Source: Eledone cirrhosa
Taxonomy: Eukaryota
DNA: 64,000 nucleotides
Reading direction: 5' to 3'
NCBI GenBank assembly: GCA_964016885.1
Contig: OZ024746.1
Coordinates: forward strand, 69,130,001-69,194,000
The notes under the pieces were generated by a model, which saw only the letters and a list, made by a program, of their open reading frames with translations, made no database searches and was not told the origin of the DNA. Of the stretch, positions 13,758 through 24,273 are shown piece by piece. The first letter of the stretch is position 1; each line of letters opens with the position of its first letter. Both the position numbers and the translations under genes were made by a program.

Positions 13758-14040
13758 TGGAAGCGCATGACCCAGTGGTACGGGTGTTGGACTTACGATC
13801 GTAGTGTCATGGCTTCGATTCCTGGGCTAGTTGAGCAAAATACTTCATTTCACATAGCTCCAGTATACTCAGCTGTAAATGTGGACCAGCAATACCTGGG
13901 GGTTTAACCCTGCAATGAACTGGTGACCTGTCCGGGGGGGGGGGGGGGGGTCTCTTATACTCTTAGTCACTTCATGCCATGAAACCGGGATAAGCACCAG
14001 CCTAACAAGCCATCTAGCTTAAGACAGACTTTAGACTTTT
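13758..14040 (+). mobile_element. tRNA-derived SINE, family C
   Basis: A-box TGACCCAGTGG, B-box GCTTCGATTCC, core TTGAGCAAAATACTTCATTTCACATAGCTCCAGT shared with family A, distinct tail ending GACAGACTTTAGACTTT. Other copies at about 51405-51560, 54630-54800 and 59190-59445 (all minus strand). Confidence 0.75.
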
Positions 14041-14171
14041 AGAGGTAGAATATTGGTAGATATATTAAACTAAAATTAGTAAATCAAGTTACTTTCCATG
14101 CAACTCATGAGCAGAGTCATTTGTGGATCACAGAACTGCTTTACATCTTTATCTTTATGAGCTATGGTTAT

Positions 14172-14956
14172 TCTTTTAGATAGATACATAGCTACAACGT
14201 CGCCCTTATAATATCTGTCTGTATGGCATTGAGACATTCTTCGCTATCTGTGTGTGCGTGTGTATATATGTATATATATGTATAGTGTGTAACGTTTTTC
14301 GAAATATTTACTTCTGCGTTCACAGATTGATTTTTTTAGTTTCAGAAGATCCTGTTAAGGGTGAAAGCAGCGATTCTTTGCTTAAACTTTAATCAAACAT
14401 TGTGTACACGGAAGTGCTACAATCATTTTTTAGGTAGATGAGGCAGAAGGGGATATACACGATTGACTGAAGAAGGACAAGACTGTGTTAGTAGTACGAC
14501 CAACGGCTGCTATCACACCAACAGCAGCAAAAAAGAGAGGGAACGCAATTACATGCTTTTGAAAATCGTAATGGAAAATGATTTACCTATTCACCCAAGG
14601 CGACTTCAATTTTTATTAGGACTTTTGCATCAATTGTCCCACATGCTTACTGCTCTGTAACTATTACTTCCATTGTACCATAGCACAACAAATACATGTT
14701 CGGTTTGTCGAATGCCTTTTTACTTAACTCTATCGTTTTGGCTTTCGTGGGTTGAACATTTTACTCTCCGGCACCCAATTAAGTTAAACCCCTATTTTTT
14801 TTATAAGCACAATTAAGTTAAACCGCAAATTTTTTTTATAAGCACAAAATGTAGACACCATCCCCAGGCCGAAGTATTCCGTACTTCTCTGTACTGTTTC
14901 AGAAAGGAGGGATAAACATGCCAATCTATCTTTAGAATCCCGGGCCATTCTGCTAG
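14172..14956 (+). mobile_element. Second, 5'-truncated copy of the non-autonomous Helitron
   Basis: Blocks highly similar to 5630-5690, 5818-5923, 6841-6980 and 6980-7107; ends CCATTCTGCTAG|T. Confidence 0.85.
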
Positions 14957-15135
14957 TATATATTATTAAAAGAGGGATTTTGGTTTGAGGGAAATTTGGT
15001 TGCTCCCTCGGCGTAAGAGAAACTATGTATCTTATGGTAGTGATTTTGAAAAGTTCATCCAACCTTCTCTAACTGTTGATTAGAATCTAAGGATCTTTTT
15101 AGATTTGAAAGCAGCACTGAATTAAATACAATCTA

Positions 15136-15452
15136 ATAATTGTTTCTACTTTTGGCACAAGGCCATCAATTACCCAGTACATTACTGGTACTTTATTTTA
15201 TCGACCCCGTAAGGATGAAAGGCAAAGTTAACCTCGGTGGGATTTGAACTCAGACCGCAAAGGGACGTAACTATGCTGGAAAGCATGGCGCCCGACCCTC
15301 TACCGATACTGCCAATCCACCGCCCTTATAAATACAATCTAATAATTGTTTCTACGTTAGGCACAAGGCCAGCAATTATCCAGTGTATTACTGGTACTTT
15401 ATTTTATCGACCCCGTAAGGATGAAAGGCAAAGTTAACCTCGGTGGGATTTG
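15136..15452 (-). mobile_element. Two tandem copies (full and 5'-truncated) of tRNA-derived SINE family B
   Basis: Core GCCTTTCATCCTTACGGGGTCGATAAAATAAAGTACCAG occurs twice; target sequence AATCTAATAAT occurs three times. Confidence 0.9.
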
Positions 15453-15904
15453 AAAATCTAATAATGCTGTATAAAAAGAACATTTTTTTATTTATTATTA
15501 AATATATTGAAAAATGTAATTACATTTATTGTGAAAATGAAATTATAAACGTTAGTCATCATCATCATTCCGAGTCAGTTCTTATTTGGTGTTACTGCCA
15601 TCCTAGCTGAGTAAGGGAACATCTTACAAGCACATTCCAGGTTTTGGAATAGTTTCTACAGCTGGATGCTCTTCTTAATGCCAAGCATTTTACAGAGTGT
15701 ACTGGAGGCATTTTATCATGGCAATAGCACTACAAGCCATCATACTTTGGTAAGAATAAAGAGTCACCTCTACCCTATGCTGTCTCCATCTGTTTTCCAA
15801 CCATTCTGTTCAATGTATACTGAGTGACACCAGCACTAGGATTGTAATATATATATATATATGCTTTGTACAATATATTTAAGATTCTTTGATTCCATAC
15901 TATT

Positions 15905-16100
15905 TTTGGTAGTGCTTGTGCCACAACAAAATGCACTCAATCCACTATGTAAGGTAGTAGTGCAGGTGTCACAACAAAAAGCACCCAGTCCACCATATAA
16001 AGTAGTGCTGGTGCTGCAACAAAAAGTATCCAGTCCACCATGTAAGGTGGCAGTGCTAGAGTCATGATAAAATGATCCCAGTACACACTGTAAAGTGGTT
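15905..16100 (+). repeat. Degenerate tandem array (about 4 x 48 bp) of a SINE-A internal segment
   Basis: GTAGTGCTxGTGCCACAACAAAAAGCACCCAGTCCACCATGTAAG repeated with substitutions. Confidence 0.75.
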
Positions 16101-16920
16101 AGCATTAGGAAAGGCTTCCAGTCGTAGAAACCAAGCCAAAATGAAGTGTACGAGCTGGACTGGTCTAACCTCAGCATGTGACAACATATCTAACCTATGC
16201 AATCATGGAGAATTGACGGTAAAATATGGTGGGGGTGGTGATGGTGATGCTGCTGCTGATGAGATATAGCCATAGATCCAATTAATTTAATAAGTCTTAA
16301 ACTCATATGAAATATAATATAAATGACAACCAACATTTTTTAAATAACTATTTAAAGAATTTCAGGACATTAGAATAAATGTAATACTATGTAATCAACA
16401 AAAGTGCATTTTTTAATACAAAATCAAAACCTCTTCCAGACAGCTGTTGGTCTGCCACCCCTAGTTTAGATAGTAATATCTCACTAGTTCTACTAGCATT
16501 GTTAATTGTTATCTAGATAGAGGAATGTATTAAATGAGGCATCAGAGCCATACTTCTTCTTCATTTAAAGACTGCTTTATGTTAGCAGAAAATATAGAAT
16601 ACATGATGCATGCCAGTCTAACAGAGACACTACTGTACTCTTTGTAAATACAGTGTTTGTACTGACTTGGCATACCAAGTACATACCAGGCCACTGAGTT
16701 GGATGTTTTTTAGATCCTTGCTAATAATTAGTTCCTTATTGCAATATACATATTAGTACATATTCAGACCTTTTAAATTAAGTCCACAATTATTGGAATA
16801 TGTGAATTTCAGCAATTCTTTAGAAAAACATATTTCAAACAGTTCCATTTGAGTCAAGTTTATCCAAAAGTTTGAAGCATATTCATATTTTTTGTTTATT
16901 ATTTATTATAAAATAACCTT

Positions 16921-17125
16921 GAGGGCAGCAAATTTGGCAGTATTGGTAGAGCATCAGACAGTGCTTTGTAGCATAGTTATGGCCCTTTACGTTCTAAGTT
17001 CAAATCCCGCTGAGGTTAGCTTTGCTTTTCATCCTAAAAGGGTCGATAAAATGAAGCAACATTAATGTACTAGGGTTGATTTGATCGACTTTCCCCTTTC
17101 CCCAAATTGCTGGCCTTGTGCATAA
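16921..17125 (+). mobile_element. SINE family B, diverged
   Basis: GTTCAAATCCCGCTGAGG...TTTCATCC...GGTCGATAAAAT...GCTGGCCTTGTGC. Confidence 0.75.
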
Positions 17126-18266
17126 AATAACCTGTTTTATTTTACATTCTATAATTCTATAAGGAAAAAAAAACCCTGACAAACACATGTGAACCCAATT
17201 CGATAAATGTGTTTGAAAACTACAAAGCTAACTCTGACTTGATAATAGAAATGTGACAATTGCAGTTGTTCTCTATTTTCACAGGATTTATTGTTAATTG
17301 GTCATCAATAGTTTCAATGATAAAATCTATATCTTTCTTGGCTACACCATGTTAACAGAATCACTCAATTCTTAATTAATACAAGAGAAAACTTCTTAAA
17401 AAGGTGTTTAATATAACATTATAAAAGAAATAAAATGACTCCATAGGCGACAACAATTGTGTGAGCTTGCTAGAACAAGTAACTAGATGTCCCTCAAATC
17501 ATACTTTCTTAAAAAAAAAAGAATTATGTTGAATAATATAGAGCTAGAAAGAAGGATGGCCACAACTTAAATGCCATTTGACCATAGGTCTTCTTGACCT
17601 TCAGTTAAACTACAACAACACATGCTAGAATTGAAGGAATAACTAAACTTACAAAAACAACCAGTTAATTCAGATAAAAATGTGAGTCAACAGAGACAAG
17701 TAATTATGCTGTAGATAGTATTTTAAGAGTTCTATTGATTTCCTTAAAACAATGACAAATATGCCCAACAAAAGAGAGTTTAGATAACAACCTTTCACAT
17801 GCTAAACAGATGGAATTTGACCTTGTTATTTAACCCTTTCATTAACATATTTCTAATGAAAGACACTGTTGAAGGTTTTAGGTAATTTTGAAAATAATTA
17901 AGTATTTGGAGGGATTTAGTAAATATAATTAACTTTCTCATTATTAAGCTGGTGTTTGGAACATAATATAAAAAGGTTCTTATATAAAATTAAGATGGAA
18001 GGTTTTTAGATAAATATAAACACTTTAAAATATATATTTTTGCATTGTAGAACCATGGGTGGATAAATATCAGAAGAGTTGCTCAGTCAAGGATGATCTG
18101 GTTTTGACAACAATTCTGTTGAGAAGTCACAAATGTCATTACTCAATTTTCACATTTTTAGATATGTAAATAATTTTTTAAATATGCTATGATTTTAAGA
18201 ACTAAAAGTACAACAACTAGATGTTACTTATTCTATCAAGAATTCCACTGAATTCTTAATGAGTTA

Positions 18267-18460
18267 ACCCTTTTGATACCAAACCACCTGAAACTGCCCC
18301 TTTACAATACAAAGTTGTCTGTTTTAAAGTGTATATATTTATCTAAAACCTTCCATCATGATTATATCTAAGAACCTTTGTTAAATCCTTTAACATTTTT
18401 GATCATTTTCAAAATGGTTTGAAAATTATACATAGACAGTAAAATAGGGAAACTAGAGGG
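18267..18460. mobile_element. Second TTAA/CCC-ended MITE family, diverged
   Basis: TTAA|CCCTTTTG...AGAGGG|TTAA. Related sequence at about 10370-10620 and 17830-18065. Confidence 0.5.
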
Positions 18461-19669
18461 TTAAATTTATAACTATGGAGCAATTGACAACTGAGACTAT
18501 TTGTAACAAAATTAAATATTGTTGATTAAATGGATAAATTTAGATGATGATAGAAAGAGCATCCCACTGTAGAAACTATGCCAAAAGAGTTGAGGGGCTC
18601 CAGCTGTGTTAAGAGTATGACAACCTCTCTCGTGTTATTGATTTACATGATAAATGTGCCCGATGCACTCTGTAACAGGTTGGTGATAAGAAGGGCATCC
18701 AACTAGAAAACTTGCCATAAAAAAGGGTAGAGGAGACCTTTCAGCTGTATCAAAGACATGACAACCTCCCTAGTGCTGATGCCATGATAAAATGTACTTA
18801 GAAGAGTGCGAGAACATTTTGTAAGTGGCTCATTTGAAAGGTCAGTAGTTCTGCTTGAGTACTGACATGGTTAATGATGAACCTCTCCAACCATTGTTAG
18901 CAAGGAAAACACACGTTAAATGATGATGATGATAATGAAGAATGTGTGGGGTAACTGTTATATCTACACTATGGTTTCATGCTGGTGTCCAAGGTATTTG
19001 CACATAATGATCTTCAGCAGATGTCCACAGCAGTTAAGGAAGCTATACAATATATATGCAACATTCTATGAGTGAATGCATGTCAAGCTCATTTGATGTT
19101 TTACAAATAAGAAAAAAGGGTCCAACCACACTCTTTACATCTGAATATGTGTGCGCATAAGTGTGTGTGTGTGTGTGTGTGCGCGCACGCGTGTTAGCAA
19201 CACTCAACAATACGTAGGAAGATTTCCTAAAAAAGTTTGATAAGCTCAATTGCTGTGAGGAATGTAGAATCTAATGTTTGAAGCCTCTGCAGGGGAGAAA
19301 ATGGTTGTTGCTTCTAATTGTGGACAACCAAAGTGAAGGTGCTACTTTCTCTCTATTTTTCCTCACTTTCAGACAATGGGCATTACATTCGTCACTCATG
19401 ACAATTATTGAGCCTAGCAACCCTTACAGAGGAACTCTCCTAAAAGAAACAGGAATTACATAAGATTGAAAAGTTTCTTTTAAGCATATTGAAACTTGTA
19501 CAGAAAAACAATATGGAAGGCTATTTAGTTCTAAAATAGGCTATAGACATGACAGAATAAAATTAATATTTCAAAGAAAAACTGAATAAAAGAATAAATA
19601 CAGAAGTTGGATTAAAGAGTTGGTAAAAGTAAAAAAAAGCCCTACAATTGGTTTCACAGCCCACTGAGG

Positions 19670-19790
19670 TGAGTTCAAATCCCGCCGAGGTTAACTTTGC
19701 CTTTCATCCTTACGGGATCGATAAAATAAAGTACCAGTAATGCATTGGATAATTGTTGGCCTTGTGCCAAAAGTAGAAACAATTATTATT
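19670..19790 (+). mobile_element. SINE family B, 5'-truncated
   Basis: B-box, core and ...GGCCTTGTGCCAAAAGTAGAAACAATTATT tail. Confidence 0.85.
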
Positions 19791-21787
19791 ATCATCATTA
19801 TTAACATTTTTACATCCATATTTCCATGCTGACATGGGTTGGGTGGCATGTTTTGAGACAATGTTTTATAGCGAGATACTCTTCCTAATGCCAACCCTTT
19901 TTGTCACCTTTTACAACACACAGGGATACAGTGTACCAATTCTAAAAAAACTAAGATACACACGACATATCTGGAGAACATTTAAATCAAATATAAAGAA
20001 AGTGTTATTAAAGCAGAAAAATGGAAAAATGAAGAGACTTACAATGAACATCAAAGAAGGCCTAATGAATGTTAGAAATTATACAAGGGATGTAATGTAA
20101 ACAAAAGATACTTCAAGAGCCTTATCAAATGACAAGGAAAGGTTTACAATGAAAAGCAGCCTGATATCAAGCAGAAATACCAAATGACATGAAGATATGC
20201 TGAAGATTATGGCACCGTAAATCTCAATTCCTAGTAGTTAGTCATGTATATATGTAGGAACCTGAAGCTCCAGGTGGAGTCGTAGGGGAGCGGTAGTAAC
20301 ATACTATTTTTCTTGGGCACTTTAAACATGGCAGAGCCCATCTCCTCTCCAGGTATAATCACAGCTGATTTCTTCCAGAGGAGAGAAAGAAATGTAGTGG
20401 AAGATTCGACCCCAGAACTAGACTGGTACTTCTTTTGACGAAAGACAAAGTTGACCTTAGAGCACTGAGAGCTGGAATGAATACTGCAAAACACTCTATC
20501 CAACATTTTAATGGCTTTACCAATTCACTGCCTTCATAGTTAGTCATAGAGAAGCTAATACACCAGTTACAAAAAAATTCCATTAAACTTCAATGCTTTC
20601 TGTTTAATAGTTTGCAGTATCCCTTTTTTCATTATAACATTATAAATTCTTTCAAAACTTCCCTGTGGTGATTCTTTAAAGTTTCCATGATTTATAAGAT
20701 GCATAACCATACTGTTTCATGGGATATTTTTGCAGGAAGTCTCTAGTCACAAACACACTGTTTAGGACTGTGTTTCATAGCAACACTTCTTGCCATCAAA
20801 TGTCAACAGTTGCAGTAGAAGTAGTGACCAAAAAACCACTGAATATCAAGACAGACATATCTTGGATTTCAAAGGAGATGCAGACTTGCCATAACGATAT
20901 GCGCAGATGCAGCGGTTAATGACACTTGTAGCTACTGGATGTCTACGCCATTTTTTCATTGGAAAAATGGTGTAGAAATTACAATACAATAGGAGGGAAC
21001 ATAATAGTACCCCTGATGATGTTGCAGATGTGCTACGAAAGAACTTTGATAGACTATATATATATATATTTATATATATATTTTTAACCGCTGGTCAATC
21101 AATGGTAAACATTGATTGCCAAATAAATTAACTATGGAGATATAAAAGATACCGAAGTGAAAACCAACCAAACTGTGAGTGTGATCTGTTATTATTTCTG
21201 GCAATATTACAACAATATGACCCTCCCCAAGTGTGTGTTCATGTGTATGTGCATATCACAATTTTCATCATTTCAAATAAAGTTTTCCATTCTGACATAG
21301 GTTGCTCTATGTAGAGACAGGTTGGTGTGTGTTATATAAATGAAGGGAAATGATGTATATTATAAATATAAAAATGTTAAGACAATATAAGTGTTTATGA
21401 AGATGCTGATATGGTTGAATGTATAATAAATTTAACATATACAATCATGTTAATAAACAGAAAATTGTGTGGTAAGTAAATGGGAATAAAATCCTTCACT
21501 ATATGTGTGTGTGTGTGTGTATGTGTGTATGTGGTCATAAAAAGAATGACAACTGTGTTTTAGACAAACTTCGTTTTTGTAATTAATGTTTGTCTAAGAG
21601 ATAAATTATTTCTATAAGTACATATAAGAAAAACAAAATTGTTTATTTATTTTAATGACAGCATGAAGTTGCAATTATATCTACACATATACATGTACAT
21701 GTATAAATATATATATACATGCACATGTACATATATATACACAAACACACACAAATACAAATACACCCAAGTAAACACTTGTGTAAT

Positions 21788-21824
<37 letters not shown>

Positions 21825-21988
21825 TTAACACATATACATGCATTTATGCTGGTATATCAAATGATGTAAAATACATTCTATCTTTACACTTGCAGCTGAA
21901 GTTATATCTCATGTTCTCTCATTCACCCATTATGTCTTTTTAAATATTGAATATGATTTTTGCCTGTGTATATATATATATGTAAGAT

Positions 21989-22327
21989 GGAGGCACATGG
22001 CTTAGTGGTTAGAGCATTGGCCTTGCAATCGAAAGGTTGTGAGTTCAATTCTCAGACCGGGTGATGTGTTGTTTCCTTGAGCAAGACACTTTATTTCACA
22101 TTGCTCCAGTTTGCTCAGCTGTAGAAATGAGATGATAGGGACTGGGGTCCCTATCATTCCACTGCAAAGTGGTCGTGTCGGTGCCACGGAAAAAAAGCAC
22201 CCAGCACTCACTGTAAATGAGGTTGGTGTTAGGAAGGTAATCCAGCTGTAGAAATCAAGCCAGAATCAGTTCCCGTCCTACCCTTGCAAGCAGGGAAAAA
22301 CGGACGTAAAATGATGATGATGATGAT
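21989..22327 (+). mobile_element. Full-length tRNA-derived SINE, family A (RTE-type tail)
   Basis: A-box TGGCTTAGTGG, B-box GAGTTCAATTC, core CCTTGAGCAAGACACTT...TTGCTCC. The 3' tail matches the end of the RTE LINE at 40530-40580. Confidence 0.9.
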
Positions 22328-22332
22328 ATATA

Positions 22333-22494
22333 TCATCATCATCATCACCACCGTTTAACGTCCCTTTTTCCACACTAGTATGGGTTGTCCGGTTTGAGGC
22401 AAGTTGGGTCAGGTGACCATGTCTTGCTCATACAGAACTGTTTCTGGCTTGGTTTCTATGGCTGGATGCCCTTCCTAACAGCAACCACATTTAC

Positions 22495-22531
<37 letters not shown>

Positions 22532-23267
22532 ATTGAAAAATGGAAACAAATAAGACAAGGTTTAGTACTTGATAAATTCATTGTCTTACAACTGTTTTAA
22601 AGGTCAAAATAAACAACAAATTTATTGATAGCAGTTATGCAACTCCAGAGTATTAGCCTCATCAAAATGCATCCATTTTGCTGTTCATCCCCAGAAACAT
22701 ATATAATCATCATCATCATCGTTTAATGTCTATCTTCCACGTTAGCATGGGTTAGACGGGAATTGTCCCACTTGAGGTAAGGTTGATTGGGTGACCATAT
22801 TTCGCTTGTATAGGACTGTATCTGGCAGGTTTTCTATGGCTGGATGCCCTCCTACAACCAACCACATCTACAGCGTGGACTGGGTGCTTTTTGTCATGAC
22901 ACCTTCACAACCTCTTTAGTTTGGACTGGATGTTCTGTGGTACCAACATAACTTTACAGATAAAGGCTGGTGTTGGTGGGAGTGGGAGGATGGAGTAGGG
23001 GTAGTGGGTTGGGGTGTATATTTGGTTAAGAGGTGCCTACTGACTGTAGGTTTAACTTTGTACGTAGAGAAGGCAGGTTTTCTGTATGTGTCTGAGGTTA
23101 TAGTGTAAGAGTTCATTTTTGTTTTCCATTGGTAGGATGAGTTAAGCTCAATGCACATTTTTTACTCTTTGTGTATAATGTACTAACTTTACTGCTATCT
23201 GGGGGGGGGGGGGTCTCCACATTTAAAGAGATACTCTAGCCACGTTGAAAGGATAGATGTATAAATA

Positions 23268-23309
<42 letters not shown>

Positions 23310-23540
23310 CCTTGGTCTTATTGAATTTTACACACACACACACACACACATACATCATCATCATCATCGTTTAACATCTATCTTTCACGCTAGCATGGAT
23401 TAGACAGGAATTGTCCCACTTGAGGCAAGATTGATGGGTGACCGTGTCTCACTCATATAGGACTGTATCTGGCAGGTTTTCTACAGCTGGATGCCCTTCC
23501 TAACAACAAAAACATTTACAGTGTGGGCTGGGAGCCTTTA
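22333..23540 (-). mobile_element. Cluster of three truncated SINE-A-related copies (about 22333-22495, 22707-22895, 23353-23540)
   Basis: Each begins (plus strand) with CATCATCATC..GTTTAA and contains GCTGGATGCCCT. Confidence 0.7.
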
Positions 23541-23739
23541 TACACATTACACATTATATATATTGTTGTTGTTTGATCAGTGCTGACCTAGGGCTAAAGA
23601 ACAACAATCTGGGTAAAGGAAGAATTGCAGAAAGCTTTAGTTTTGAGTAGGAAGAGGATGAAGCCAAAATAACGAGTGGGGTGTGGAAACGTACAATACT
23701 GAAAGGGATGATAAATACAGGATGACATTATTGTTGTTG

Positions 23740-23912
23740 GGCAGTATCGGTAGAGGGTTGGACGCCATGCTTTCTAGCATAGTTACGTCCCTTTACAGTC
23801 TGAGTTCAAATCCCACCGAGGTTAACTTAGCCTTTCATCCTTACGGGGTCGATAAAATAAAGTACCAGTAATGTACTGGGTGATTGCTGGCCTTGTGCCT
23901 AAAGTAGAAACA
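23740..23912 (+). mobile_element. SINE family B with 13-bp TSD
   Basis: ATTATTGTTGTTG at 23727-23739 and 23913-23925; B-box GAGTTCAAATCC. Confidence 0.9.
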
Positions 23913-24236
23913 ATTATTGTTGTTGTTGTTTTAGACGCAGGGTAAGGCTGATTGAGTAGATATATGATCAAATGTGCTGCAACCATGACCACCATGTTGA
24001 TTTCTCTGAGGCACCATATATTTAATTAAGACTACCAATTGCCTTATCTTGAACGTTAACAGATCTACAACAATCCAATGCTATCCACTAACTCAAACAA
24101 ATGCAATAACAGCCAATCCCAGTGAGGAAACTTTATGCCAAAGGCTTCACAGGAAACTCAGTCTACATGGTTTCAATATATATATATATGTGTGTGTGTG
24201 TGTTATACATATGGTAAGCAACCAACACATACTCAA

Positions 24237-24273
<37 letters not shown>

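Noticed and set aside
21008-21055. Hammerhead ribozyme-like CTGATGA-stem-GAAA
   Set aside because: Stem II is plausible (GTTGCA/TGCTAC), but I could not form stems I and III. A similar partial motif near 25488 (CGAAACCGGT) lacks the CUGANGA box.
21989-22066. tRNA gene
   Set aside because: A and B boxes are present, but the sequence continues into a SINE body and LINE tail with multiple dispersed copies, so it is a SINE head.
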